Assembly: GCF_963921235.1 (NCBI RefSeq)
Contig: NC_086097.1
Location: 6,324,001 to 6,388,000, forward strand
Direction: 5' to 3'
DNA: 64,000 nucleotides
Source of the DNA: Mobula hypostoma
Taxonomy: Eukaryota
In this document: in pieces, positions 36,619-49,844 of the stretch
Layout: each line of letters starts with the position of its first letter
Numbering within the stretch: the stretch's first letter is position 1
Translations under genes and position numbers: made by a program
The notes under the pieces: model-generated
Database searches by the model: none
Seen by the model: only the letters and a program-made list of their open reading frames with translations
Told to the model about the DNA's origin: nothing

Positions 36619-37989
36619 TTCTTGGATGTGAGTTTAAATGGCATGATCAGCAAGCGTGCTGATGATACCCAGTAACTGGGTCTTGTTGATAGACAAGCCG
36701 CTTACAATGAGTTGCAAAGAGACTTTGATCAGTTAGCGGATGGGCTGAGGAATGGCAAACATTAAGTGTTGGGTGATGAATTTTAGACAGTCAAAGTTTC
36801 AGTGCATGGGGCACAGACCAGTGTTGCGGAACAAAGCATCTGTGAGTACAAGTGCACAGTTCACTGAAAGCAGATGCACAAGTGGACAGGTTGCTGAAAA
36901 AGGTGATGAATATACTCATCTTCACTGGTCAGGAGTAGGGAAATTACATTGTCGTTACTTAAGTCGCTGGTGAGACAGCACTTTCTTATGTACAGTTTTG
37001 ATCACCTTTTTATGGGAAAGACATTGTTCAAGCTGGAGAGGGTATAGCAGATATTTTCAAATGATGCTCTCTGGACTAGAGGAATGGAGTTAGACATAGA
37101 TGTTGACCATGCTGGATTTCTATCCCCTAGAGTGCAGGAGGATGAGGGGTGTGACATCATAGATGTTTATAAAATCAGGAGGGGTACAGATAAGTTGGAC
37201 TCTCATAATCATTTTTGCAGGTTTACGGTGTCCCAAACTAGAGGGCACAGAGACAAGATAAGGAGGAAGAGATTTAAAAGAGGCACGAGAAGTAACTTTT
37301 TTACACCGAGGGTGGTGAGTCCCTGTTATGAACTGCCAGAAGGAGCAGTTGCAGTGAGTACAATTGTAACATTTAAGAGGCATTTGGATAGGTACTTTGA
37401 AGGGAGGGGCTTGGAGTTTATGGGCTGAAAATGGGCAACTGGGATTAGCAGTGAGGATGCTGTGGTCAGCATGGACCAAGTGGGCCGAAGTCTCTGTCAC
37501 CATGCTGTTTTGCTCTCTGTCAGACCGTGCTTAATGGGACACATACCTGAAAGAATGCCTCGTTTTTATAAATTCTTCCCAAAACGTTCTTCAACTAAGT
37601 ACATTCGCTGTGCATTGTGTCATCATCTACCTCGATAATTTTGACCATTAGGGTGCCAGTTGCTTTAGTGGCTCAGTGGAAAAACATTCTGAGAGAAACA
37701 GCATAGAGATGCAGAGGAGAATTCTCAATCCTTGGCCGGTGCTGGTAATAGCAGTTGGTCCCACAGCCCTATAGGTGTTAAATATCGTGTAGTCTTCCAT
37801 TTCCTGTTGCAAATGGGTGGACCAGCAAAGCAACTGCAAATTTAATGCGGCAATTCCGTGCATCTGAGCAATGAGCCTCATTCAAAATAAACCTGAAAAG
37901 GAAATTATCTACCTTGACTTCCTGCGAACAGTATGGGAAATGCGAGTTTACACTCCACTGGACTCACACCTGAGGTAAGACCATTTTAG

Positions 37990-38095
37990 AAATTGAAGGC
38001 AGTTGGTTCACATGGAGCTGGGACTTGCCTTTTCAAGCAGGGCTGGGTAATAGCAACAGTTTCTTCAGCGTTGCCCACATGCCAAGAAAAAACTA
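37990..38095 (+). mobile_element. Ancient LINE/SINE 3' tail relic
   Basis: gggctgggtaatag..cagcgttgcccacatgccaagaaaaaa resembles a shark LINE/SINE 3' end as I recall it. Confidence 0.4.
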
Positions 38096-39236
38096 GTTTC
38101 ATGATTAATAATTGACTAAATCAATTAAATATTGTTATACAAAAAATTATGCCAATCACTCTAAAGACCTGCCTGCAAATGACAATTGAGATCAGTTTAC
38201 CATGTATTATGAAAGTTCTGAAATTAGATGCCAAGACAGCATCCTGATTATTAGTGGAGGGACACCAGAATCTATGTTGAGATAGAGGTAGGTGTCAGCA
38301 ATCTACATGTAAAAGAGAAGCAATGTTTTCAAAATTAAATCTGATGCCATGTGAGATTAGCATGGCAATTGATATAGAGTCATAGAGAAGTAGAGCATGG
38401 AATCAGGCTTTTCAGCCCATCTAGTCCATACCAAGCCATTTAAACTACCTTATCCCGTCAACCAGATGGAATGGAGTCAAATCCTTGTTCATATTAAAAG
38501 GACTCCACAACTCACGTTTTCAATATTTATTGTTTATTTATTTATTTATTATGATTTTGTATTTGCATGATTTGTCTTTTACATATTGGTTGTTTATCTT
38601 TTTATGCGCATTGATTCATTGATTCTATTGTGGTTCATTGTATTTATTGTGAATGCCAATAAGTAAATAAATCTTGGGATTGTATATAATGACATATATG
38701 TACTTTGATGAAAACATTACTCAGAAATTTGAAATATTTGGATAGTGGCAATGGGGAATAGGGAAGGAAATGGGAATGAGAAAGGAATTCAGGAATGGAA
38801 GTCATTCCAGATTTAATGTTTAATTTTTTCCTCCATCTGTTTCATGTTTAAAGGCCAGCAAGATCTATCGACCAGAGTGAAGACTAGCAGCAAGAGATTA
38901 CAGCAGGAGATCAGGAAAGAGTGAAAGGGAAATTGCAGTGGGAGCTGAGACGGTACATAGAGACTTTGATCAATGTTTTGCTGAGGAGGTTGTAAATTGA
39001 TCTGGAGTCTGAGAGTGTTGTTGGACTCTTGTTTTGAGGATTCATCCAGGTTTCTGATGAGAGGATGATCACAGCAGGTTAATATGGAATTGGGGTGTCA
39101 GGATGTCAATGAATTCTTGCTCCCTCTGACCTACAGACAATTAAAAAAACTTAAGGTACTTAATGACCTCAAAACATTCTGAAGCACAGTCAATTTAAAT
39201 ACACTTTGTATAAGCTTAGACATTGTTTCAAATTAT

Positions 39237-39370
39237 AAATCATCATCTTCGTTACGTGCTGTCTCATTTGGCAGGTGATCATGGTCCATGGCAAATTTGT
39301 CTACAGAAGGGCTTTATCATTGCCTTCATCTGGGCAGTTTCTTTACAAGACAGGAGACCCCAGCCATTAT
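39237..39370 (-). mobile_element. RTE/BovB-related SINE-like fragment
   Basis: Aligns with 5652-5800. Confidence 0.65.
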
Positions 39371-39374
39371 ATGA

Positions 39375-42300
39375 CTATAAGATCAGAAGACATAAAAGCA
39401 GCACTGGGCCATCTGGCCCATCAAGTCTTCTCTGCCATTCAGTCATGGCTGATCCTTTTTTTTAATCTTCTCCTCAACTCCAATTCCTGGCCTTCTCTGC
39501 ATAACCTGTGATGCCATGGCCAATCAAGAACCTATCAATCTCTGCCTTAAATACACCCAATGACCTCGCCTCCACAGTTGCATGTGGCAACAAGTTCCAC
39601 AAATTCATCACCCAATGGCTAAGGAAAATTCTTGGCATCTCTGTTTTGAAAGGGCGCCCCTCTATCCTGAGGCTGTGCCCTCTTGTCCTATACTCTCCCA
39701 CCATGGGAAACATCCTTTCCACATCTACTCTGTCTAGGCCTTTCAACATTCGAAAGTTTTCAATGAGATTCCCACTCGTCCTTCTGAATTCCAGCGAGTA
39801 CGGACGCTGGAATTCCATCAAACGTACCTCGTATGACAACCCTTTCATTCCTGGAATCATCCTTGTGAACCTCCTCTGGACCCTTTCCCTTTTCTAAGAT
39901 GAGGGACCCAAAACTGCTCACAATACTCAAGGGGAGGTCTCATCAGTCCCTTATAAAGCCTTAGAACGTCCTTGTTCTTGTATTCTAGACCTCTTGAAAT
40001 GAATGCTAACATGGCATTTGCCTTCCTCACCACCGACTCAACCTACAAGTTAACCTTCAGGATGTTCTGCACTAGGACTCCCAAGTCCCACTGCATCTCA
40101 GATTCCTGAATTTTCTCCCCATTTAGAAAATCATCTGCGCATTTATTTCTACTACCAAAGTGCACGACCATGCATTTTCCAACATAGTATTTCATTGGCC
40201 AATGTCTTTCCCATTCTCCAAATCTGTCTAAGTCCTTCTGCATCCTATCTGTTTTCTCAACACTACCTGCCGCTCCATATCATCTGCAAACTTGGCAACA
40301 AAGCCATTTATTCCATCATCTAAATCACTTATATACAGCATAAAAAGAAGTGGTCCCAACACTGACCCCTGCGGAACACCATTAGTCACTGGCAACCAAC
40401 CAGAAAACAATCATTTTATTCCTACTTGCTGCCTCCTACCAGCCAGACAACACTCTAACCATGTTAGTAACTTGTCTGTAATATCATAGGGTCTTAACTT
40501 AGTAAACAGCCTCATGTATGGCGCCTTGTCAAAGGCCTTCTGAAAGTCCAAATATACAAGATCCACTGCATCCCCTTTATCTGTCCTAGTTGTAATCTCC
40601 TCAAAAAACTCCAACAGGTTTGTCCGGCAGGACTTTTCCTGAAGGAAACCATGCTGATTTTGTACTATCTTCTCCTGTGTCACCAAGTATTCAATCATCT
40701 CATCCTTAATAATTGACTCTATCATCTTCCTGACCACTGAGGTCAGGCTAACTGGTTTATAATTTCCTTTCTGCTGCCTTCCTCCTTTCTTAAAGACTGG
40801 TGTAATATTTACAATGTACCAGTCCTCTGGCATCATGCTAAATTCCAATGTTTTTGAAAGATCATTTCTAATGCACCACAATCTCTAACGCTACCTCTTC
40901 CAGAATTCTAGGGTGCAGTTCCTCTGGTCGGGGTGACTAACGTACCTTTAGGTCTTTCAGCTTTTTGAGCACCTTCTCTCTTGTAACAGTAACTGCACCC
41001 ACTTCTCTTCCTTCACACACTACAACATCAGACACACCGCTGGTGTCTTCCACAGTGAAGGCTGACCCAAAATACTCATTCAGTTCACCAGTCATCTCCT
41101 TGTTCCCTGTTATTATCTCTCCTGCCTCATTTCCTAGCAGTCTTATATCCACTCTCATTTCTCTTTTATGTTTAACATACTTGAAAAAGATTTTACTATC
41201 CACTTTGATATAATTTGCTAGCTTGCTTTCTTTTTTGTTCTAATGATTTTTTTTTGGTTGCTGTCTGTAGGTTTTTAAAAAATTCCCAATCCTCTATCTT
41301 CCCACTATTTTTTGCTTTGTTGTATGCCTTTTCTTTTGCTTTTACCATAACTTTGACTTCCCTTGTCAGCCACAGTTGTACTATTTTACCAGTTAAGTAT
41401 TTCTTTATTTCTAGAATACGCGTCCTCATTTTTCCCAGGAATACACACCTTTACTGCTCTGCTGACATCCCTACCAGCAGCTCCTTCCAATTTACTTTGG
41501 CCAACTCCTCTCTCATACCACTGTAATTTCCCTTACTCCACTGAAATACTGCTACATCAGACTTTACTTTCTCCCTTTCAAATTTCAAGTTGAACTCAAT
41601 CATATTGTGACCACTGGTTCCTAAGGGTTCTTTTAATGTAAGCTCCTGAATTCCACCAGTTCATTACATAACACCCAATCCAGGATAGCTGATCCGAGTA
41701 GGCTCAATGACAAACTGCTCTACAAAGCTACCTCTTAGGATTCAACAAACTCACTCTCTTGAGATCCATTACTAACCTGATTTTCCCAATCGACCTGCAT
41801 GTTAAAATCTCCCATGACTACCATAACATGGCCCTTTTGATTCGCCTTTTCTATTTCCTGTTGTAACCTGTGGTCCACCTTCCAGCCACTGTTAGGAGGC
41901 CTGTATATAACTGCCATCAACATCCTTTTACCCTTGCAGTTTCTTAACTCAACCCACAACATCTTCAAATCCTATGTCACATCTTTCTACTGATCTGACG
42001 CCATTCTTTACCAGTAGAACCACACCAACCCCTCTGCCTACATTCCTATCCCTCCAATACAATGCGTAACTTTGGACATTCATTTCCCAGCTACAACCAT
42101 CCTTCAGCCAGGATTCATTTCTGGCCTTTACATCATGCCTGGCAATCTGTAATATTGCAACAAGATCATCCACCTTATTTCTTATGCGACACGCATTTAG
42201 ATACAACACCTTGAGTACCGTATTTGCTATCCTTTCTGATTCTACATCCCTAATGATTTGATACTCAGCTTATTGGCTGCAACGAAGACCCATCACCTGC

Positions 42301-42495
42301 CTGCCCTTCCTGACATTCTGAGTGCCTGCTATCTTTGCCTTTTTACCATCCGTCCTATTCAGAGTCCCATCACTCCGGTTCCCACCCCCCTGCCAAGTTA
42401 GCTTAAACCCTCCTCAACAGCTCTAACAAACCTGCCTGTGAGAATATTGATCCCCCCCTTAGGTTCAGGTGCAGCCCGTCAGTTTTGAACAGGTC
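39375..42495 (-). mobile_element. CR1, ORF1 end through ORF2 to 3' tail (degenerate)
   Basis: LYLNACRIRNKVDDL; LWVELRN..IYRPPNS..MGDFN; GNYKPVSLTS..VYLDFQKAFDK; GVPQGSVLGPLLF..FADD. Confidence 0.95.
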
Positions 42496-42504
42496 AGTTT
42501 AGGA

Positions 42505-44660
42505 ATATAGAAACATAGAAAATCTACAGTACATTACAGGCCCATTGGCCCATAATGTTGTGCTGACCATGTAACCTACTCTAGTAGCTGCCTAGAATGT
42601 CCCTACCACATAGCCCTCTATTTTTCTAAGCTCTGTGTACCTATCTAAGAGTCTCTTAAAAGACGCTATTGTATTCGCCTGTACCACCATAACCTGCAGT
42701 GCATTCCACGCACCCACCTCTGTGTGTGGAAAAACTTACCCCCGACATCCCTCTTGTACCTACTTCCAAGCATCTTAAAACTATCGCCCCTCATGTTAAC
42801 CACTTCAGTCCTGGGAAAAAACCTCTGGCTGTCCACATGATCAATGCCTCTCATCATCTTATACATCTCTATAAGGTCACCTCTCATCCTCCATTGCTCC
42901 AAGGAGAAAAGGCCAAGTTCATTCAACCTATTCTCATAAGGCATGCTCTCCAATCCAGACAATATCCTTATAAATCTCCTCTTCACTCTTTCTATAATAT
43001 CCACATCCTTCCTGTAATGAGGTGACCAGAGCTGAACACAGTACTCCAAATCGGGTCTAACTAAGGTCTATATAGCTGTAATGTTACCTCATGACTCTTG
43101 AACTCAATCCTACAGTTGAAGAAGGCCATCATACCATATGCCTTCTTAACAACACTGTCAACCAGCACAGCAGCTTTGAGTGTCCTGTAGACATGGCCTA
43201 CAAGATGTCGCAGATACTCCACATTGCCAAGAGCCTTACCATTTATGTTATATTCTGTCTTCAAATTTGACCTACCAAAATGAACCACTTCACACTTACT
43301 GTTTTCTCAGCCCAGTTCTGCATCTTATCGATGTCCCACTGTAACCTTTGACAACCCTCCAGACTATCCACAGCACACCCAACTTTTGTGTCATCAGGAA
43401 ACTTACTAACTCACCCTTCCACTTTATTATCCAGCTCATTTATAAAAATGACAGAGAGGAAGGTGTCCCAAAACAGATCCCTGTAGAACACCACTGTTCA
43501 CTGACCTCTGTGTAGAATACGAGCTATCCACAACTAATCTTTGTCTTCTGTGGGCAAGCCAATTCTGAAACAACAAAACAAGGTCTCCTTGGATCCCATG
43601 CCTCCTTATTTTCTGAATGAGCCTTGCAAGGAGAACCTTATCAAATGCCTTACTGAAATCCATATGCACTACATCCACTGCTGTACCATCACGAATGTGT
43701 TTTGTTACATCCTCAAAGAATTCAATCAGTTTCATTAGGCATGACTGGCCCTTGACAAAGCCATGCTGACTATCCCTAATCAGATTACGTCTCTCCAAAT
43801 GCTCATAAATCCTGCCTCTCAGGTTCTTCTCCAAACAAATTGTCCACCAGAAAATAAAATTTGCAGGTCTATAATTTCCTGGGTTATCTCTACCACCTTT
43901 CTTGAGCAAGGGAACAATGTTTGCAACCTTCCAATTCTCTGGTACTTCTCCAGTCCCTATTGATGATGCAAATATCATTGCCAGAGGCTCAGCAATCTCC
44001 TCGTCACTTCCCGCAGTAGCCTGGCATATATCTCGTTTGGTTCCGGTGACTTATCTAACTTAATACCGTACAAAAGCTCCAGCACATCCTCTTTCTTAAT
44101 GTCTATACACTAAAATGTTTTATTCCGCTGTAAGTTATCCCCATAATTGCTAAGTCCTCTTCACTGGTGAATACTGAAGCGTAGCGTTCATTGAAAACCA
44201 CCACTACCTCCTCTGGCTCCATGCACATGCTTCCACTCTCACTCCTGATTGGTCCTATCCCCACATGGCTTATCCTCTTGCTCTTCACATACTTTTAGAA
44301 TGCCTTGGGGTTTTCCTGAATCCTGCTCATGAAGGCCTTCTCATGGTCCCTTTAGCTCTCCTAAATTCATTCTTGAGCTCCTTCCTAGCACCCATGTAAT
44401 TTTCCAGAGCTCTAAGTGTATCTAGTTTCATGAACCTTTTGTAAGCTTTTCTTTCCTTCTGAACTAGATTTTCAACATCCTTTGTACACCATAGTTATCT
44501 TACCCTACCATCCTTTTCCTGCCTCAATGGAACATACTTATGTAGAACTCCTGAAAATTTGCCACATTTCTGCTGTGCATTTCCCTGAGAACATCTGCAC
44601 CCAACTAATGTTCCCAAGTTCCTGCCTTGTAGCATCATATTTTCCCTTACCCCAGTTAAT
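42505..44660 (-). mobile_element. CR1 of another subfamily (linker, RT, 3' tail)
   Basis: GEVPENWKVANIVPL..PGNYRP..SQHGF..MDFSKAFDKV; EYCVQLWSPHYRKD; atagaaacatagaa tail. Confidence 0.93.
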
Positions 44661-44731
44661 ATTCTTGAAGGGGAGAGTGAGCAGCCAGAGGTCACGGTGG
44701 GTGTTGGTACCAATGACATAGGCAGGAGAGG

Positions 44732-46242
44732 GCTTTTTTTGACACTGATCAACAGAACAAATTCGTACATATCAAAGAGAAAACAGATTTCCACACATTG
44801 TCCTAAATTTATTACAATTATTAAACACAAAATAATTGATTGCATAATTACTCACTCCTTTCAAGTCATTATTTAGTAGAAGCACCTTTGGCAGCAATCA
44901 CAGCCATGAGTCTGTGTGGATAGGTCTCTATCAGCTTTGCACATCTAAGCACTACAATTTTTCCCCATTCTTCTTACAAAACTGCTCAAGCTCTGTCACA
45001 TTGCATGGGGATCGTGAGTGAACAGCCCTTTTCAAGTCCAGTCACAAATTCTGAATCGGATAGAGGTCTGGACTCTGACTTGGCCACTCCAGGACATTAA
45101 CTTTGTGTTTTCAAGCTACTGCTGTGTAGCTTTGGCTTTATGCTTGGGGTTATTGTCTTGCTGCAGAAGAAATCTTCTCCCAAGTCGCCGTTCTCTTGCA
45201 GACTGCATCAGGTTTTTCTCCAGGATTTCCTTGTATTTTGCTGCATTCACTTTACTCTCTACCTTCGCAAGCCTTCCGGGGCCTGCTGCAGTGAAGCATC
45301 CCCACAGCATGATGCAGCCACTACCATGCTTCATTGTAGGGATGGTGCGTTTTTGACGATACCACACATAGCCAAAAAGTTCAATTTTCAATTCATCAGA
45401 ATCATAAAACCTTCTTCTAGCTGACTTCAGAGTTTTCCATATACCTTCTGGCAAACTCTAGCTGAGATTTCATGTGAGCTTTTTTCAACAGTGGCTTTCT
45501 CTTTGCCACTCCCCTATAAAGCTGGGACTGGTGAAGCACTGGGGCAACAGTTGTTGTATGCATAGTCTCTCCCATCTCAATCACTGAAGCTTGTAACTCC
45601 TCCAGAGTTGTCATAAGTTGTCGTAGAGTTGTCGTAGCCTCCCTCACTGGTCCTCTTCTTGCACGATCAATCATTTTTGAGGATAGGCTGCTCTAGTCAG
45701 ATTTACAGCTGTGCCATATACTTTTCATTTCTTGATAATGACTTAACTGTACTCAAAGGGATATTCACTGATGTGAAAATTTTCTTGCATCCATCTCTTG
45801 GCTTGTGCTTTTCAACATTTTATGCTTGGAGTGTCCTTTTGTCTTCATGGTGTACTTTTTGCCAGCATACTGACTCTCCAGCGGTTGGACCTTCCAGGTA
45901 CAGGTGTATTTTTACTACAATCAATTGAAACTCCTTGACTGCACACTATGATCTCCATTTAACTAATTATATGATTTATAAAACCAGTTGGCTGCACCAC
46001 TGACGATTTGGTGTTTCATATTAAAGGGTGTGAATTCTTTCACAATCAATTATTTTGTGTTTTATATTTATAATAAATTTAGATCAATTTGTAGAGATGT
46101 GTTTTCACTTTGACACAAAAGAGTCTTTTTCTGTTGATCAGTGTCATAAAAAGCCAAATTAAATCCACTGTGAATCAATGTTGTAAAACAATAAAATGTG
46201 AAAACTTCCAAGAGGGTGGGTGAATACTTCTTATAAGTACTG
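44732..46242 (-). mobile_element. Tc1-like DNA transposon with long IR/DR-type TIRs; outer part of left TIR missing
   Basis: Right TIR ~46020-46242 ends GGTGAATACTTCTTATAAGTACTG|TA; 44732-44865 is the reverse complement of ~46020-46155. Confidence 0.92.
44866..45848 (-). pseudogene. Tc1 transposase pseudogene
   Basis: MKTKGHSK start; SDELKIELFG, KHGSGCIMLWGCF, QQDNNPKH, WPSQSPDLYPIQNL (catalytic E replaced by Q); several frameshifts. Confidence 0.92.
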
Positions 46243-46454
46243 TAATTGTGTATGGTCGATATTTACACAGTATTCATCGAAATCAAGGTTTCTTTAATTG
46301 GAATTCCCAACATTCCTGCTTGGTTAAATCCCAAATCATCTTGATCCTGGCTGTATATTGTTTATGAAAGTTGGCGTTCTCACCGCTGAGTCCTGTGGCT
46401 GTTGGCAGAGTTAGCTAACAAGTCAGGTTTGTATACAAGCCCCAGAGAGAGGGT

Positions 46455-46790
46455 TACACAAGTATGCCATAAACAGGTAGAGTACACACAGGTACTGTAT
46501 ACACAGGTTCGGTATACACAGGTACAGCATAAACAGGTATGGTATAATCAAGAACCGTATCCACGGATATGTTACAAACAGCTATGGTATATGCAGATAC
46601 CATATACACAGGTATGGTATATACAGATACAGTGTACACAGGTACAGTACATGCAGGCATGGTATATACAGGTACAGTATACACAAGTACAGCATAAACA
46701 GGTATGATATAACCAAGAACCGTATCCACAGATATGGTACAAACATGTATGGTATACTCAGGATCACAGGTACATAGCATTAGAGACACA
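46455..46790. repeat. Degenerate 15-bp minisatellite, consensus ~CAGGTACAGTATACA, about 21 units
   Basis: 15-bp periodicity visible directly; translates as pentapeptide repeats (YTQVQ; VYTVP on minus). Confidence 0.92.
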
Positions 46791-47239
46791 ACATTCCCAA
46801 GGAATACAACATAAATTTAATCGAAACTTCACAAAAATACATGCACGAGCACATTTAAAATAATAAATGATCCACATAATAATCAGATTATTTTAAAAAT
46901 ACATTAAAATGAATCAGAATCAGGTTTAATATCACCAGCATATGTTGTGAAATTTGTTAACTTAGTGATTGCAGTACAATGCAATACATGATCATATAGA
47001 AAAACACAAGAAAATCAATGAGAGTAAGTATATATGCGAGTATATTAAATAGTTAAATTAAAATAGTTCAAAAATAGAAATAATAGAGAAAAAAGTGATT
47101 TCGAAACCATAAACTGGCAAAGTGAAATTATATTCACCTTCATCCGTGAATCAACTAATTTATAATTAATCTACAAGAACCACAGAATATTTGCATTTCA
47201 TATCTCAACATATAATCAATGTCAATTATACTTGTAGAA

Positions 47240-47870
47240 TTTGAGGACTTGAGGTCCAGAATATAAAAGCAAGAATATAATCCTGAGGCTTTATGAAGCA
47301 CTGGTGAGGCCTCACAGAGTATTGTGAGCAGTTTTGGGCCCCTCACCTTAAAAAAGGATGTGCTGAAACTGGAGAGGGTCCAGAGGAGGTTCACGAGAGT
47401 GATTCCAGAAATGAAAGGGTTAGTGTATGAAAAGGGTTAGAGAGCTCTGAGCCTGTACTCGCTGGAGTTTAGAAGAATGAGGGTGGATCCCATTGAAGCC
47501 TATCGAATATTGAAAAGACTAGATAGAGTGGATGTGGAAAAAATGTTTCTGATAGTGAAAGAGTCCAGGACCAAAGAGCACAATCTCAAAACAGAAGGAG
47601 GTCCATTTAGAACAGAGATGAGGAGGAATTTCTTCAGTCAGAGGGTGGTGAATCTGTGGAATTCATTGCCACAAACAGCTGTGGAGACAAGTTGTTGGGT
47701 ATACTTATAGCGGAGGGTGATAGGTTCTTGATTAGTAAGGACATCAAAGATTACAGAGAGAAGGCAGGAAAATGGAGTTGCGTGGGATAATAAATCAATC
47801 ATGATGGAATGGCAGGGATAACTCGATGCGCTGAATGGCCTAATTCTGCTCTTAGTTCTTATGGTGTCGT
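47240..47870 (+). mobile_element. CR1 3' end
   Basis: RVDPIEAYRILKRLDRVD..NFFSQRVVNLWNSLP. Confidence 0.9.
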
Positions 47871-47974
47871 GATCTGATGTAGAGACAGAAGTGAGGCTGT
47901 TTGTAGCTCTGCCTTTTTTATGCAGTGAATCTGGATTATTATAGTGTTGGTTGCCTCATAATGTTGAAAAGAGA

Positions 47975-48105
47975 GAAATACATTTATTTAATTACATGTA
48001 ATATCCTCAGGACATCCCAAGTCATTTCGCTCATAGAATGATTTGTGAGGTAGCCTGTTAACACTTCAAAGGAAAGTAACACATTGCAAGATTCGCGGAA
48101 ACAGT
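47975..48105 (-). mobile_element. Ancient Deu-domain SINE relic
   Basis: cctcaggacatcccaag..gcaagattcgcggaaacag resembles the reverse complement of the Deu SINE 3' part. Confidence 0.45.
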
Positions 48106-48224
48106 CGGTTGCTTAATTGTCCAGTGTACCTGAGAGTGTGATGGAGTGGCGTTGCTGTTGATGGTCAGATATGAGGACATATGGAAATTTTCTTGCACTA
48201 GAAGAGTGCAAGTAGCTTAAATAC

Positions 48225-48480
48225 GCGTCAACAGCTTGGCGCACTGGAGTTTGGAGTTCAACTCCAGCGTTGTCTGTAAGAAATTTGTACATTCTCCCCA
48301 TGACTGTATGGGTTACCTCTGGGAGCTCCAGTTTCCTCCCACAGTCCGGAGATGTAGTGATTAATAGGTTAATCGGTCATTGTAAATTATCCCATGCTTA
48401 GGCTAGGATTAATTAGGTAGGTTGCTGGGCAGTGTGACTCATTGGGATGGAAAGGTCCGTTCCATAACTAAAAATAAAAC
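48225..48480 (+). mobile_element. V-SINE (HE1-like)
   Basis: B-box-like gagttcaactcc; tttgtacattctccccatg..gggttacctctgggagctccagtttcctcccacagtcc. Confidence 0.82.
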
Positions 48481-48624
48481 AAATGAATAAATTCACAATA
48501 CATGCTCATGTAGTGGATTTGGGATCAAATGGCAGAGAGGAGAATGTCACCACTGTTCAATGCAGGTACTCTGCATCCTATCTTTACCTAACAAGTGTTC
48601 ATTGTTATCATCAGAGGCCACAAG

Positions 48625-48858
48625 TGTTGTGTATTTAATATTGCAGTGATATTTGAGTAATATTGTAACTTTGTTGTTTGATTAAACATTCTTTGTTTCC
48701 ATAATTCATATCGAGTTATATGTAAAACCACATGAATGGCATCTGTCATGATGCCACTACTCCATAAGTGTGCACCTCACTTAAAGCTGGGGTACCCATA
48801 TTATCTCAGGTTTTCATATTGTTCTTTGGATTAATTTCTGGAATTACAAAATGTGACA
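48625..48858 (+). mobile_element. Probable solo LTR (234 bp)
   Basis: TGTTGT...GTGACA termini; flanks ACAAG/GCAAG (4 of 5 match). Confidence 0.55.
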
Positions 48859-49212
48859 GCAAGAAAGACGTAGTTCTTTCTGAATAACAAGTTATTTCAT
48901 TCAAGCCATTAGAGGGATTGTATGTCAGGTGATTAATACTGACTGTAGCTACAGTTCAATTCACCAAGTACCACATGGTGTATAAATTATTTTCTCTTGT
49001 CCATTGAAATATTAAACTTTCACACCAATATATTCAGGCTAATGGACATAAGTCAATGAATATGATAATTATCCTGGAGCAGATAAAAAAATGGTAGAGA
49101 AAAACTGTAAAATGCCAGAGCAGCTGGATACAATCCACAAAAATATAACGGGGTTTGATTACATTTATTCTGTCTTTTTTTGCTTTCAACTAGATCATAT
49201 CAGGTGCATAAT

Positions 49213-49380
49213 GACACAGAAAAAACACTGGAGGAAGTCAGCAGGTCAATCAGCATCTATGGAAAGGAATAAACAGTCAACGATTCGGGCTGAGGCCATT
49301 CGTCATTCAGAGCCTCGCTCAAAATATCGACTGCTTAACCATTTCCACAGAAGTTGCCTGACCTGCTGAGTTCCTCCAGA

Positions 49381-49479
<99 letters not shown>

Positions 49480-49517
49480 CTAGGTTTCCAGGATCTGCAG
49501 AATCTCTTGTGTTTATA
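49213..49517. mobile_element. Old palindromic Penelope-pLTR mini-element
   Basis: ctggaggaagtcagcaggtca ... tgacctgctgagttcctccag inverted arms; tail on the right only. Confidence 0.75.
49385..49474. repeat. (TG)n microsatellite with one TATA interruption
   Basis: Direct reading; expanded from the TTTGTGTGTG seed of the pLTR. Confidence 0.98.
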
Positions 49518-49844
49518 ACACTGCTTATTTTCGAGATAGGAATTAATGTATTGCTGCACCGGAATAACCTGGTTGGTAGGTACTTGTTCTGGGTGACGAA
49601 CGCTCAGTACCATTGGCTGGAGTTAAAATAAAAATCAGCGGGAGGAATTCAACAGGTCAAGCAGCATCTGCAGAGGCAAATGAATAGTCAATGTTTAGAG
49701 TTGAGTACCAGCATCAAAGCTCAAAGAGTTGTGATGGTAACTCCGTATTGGTTGAGGATGAGGAAAACCACGGAGTGTGAGCACAAGGAGACAGAGCTAC
49801 AGAATCCCCATCAGAGAGGAGAAAATATCTTCAAAGTGGGCATA

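Larger units (their letters stand above)
34445..37520 (+). mobile_element. Old CR1 (linker, RT, 3' end) with two nested insertions
   Basis: PRPDQVYPQILWEAREEI; SQHGF..SCLANLLVFFEEV..VVYMNFSKAFDKIPH; NFFTPRVV..HLDRY. Confidence 0.88.

Noticed and set aside
37650..37760. tRNA gene (TGGCTCAGTGG A-box-like motif)
   Set aside because: No cloverleaf and only a degenerate B-box; at most an ancient tRNA-derived SINE head.
46455..46790. CRISPR-like array
   Set aside because: Contiguous 15-bp units with no unique spacers.
49335..49631. THTH and CVCV ORFs
   Set aside because: Translations of the (TG)n microsatellite.
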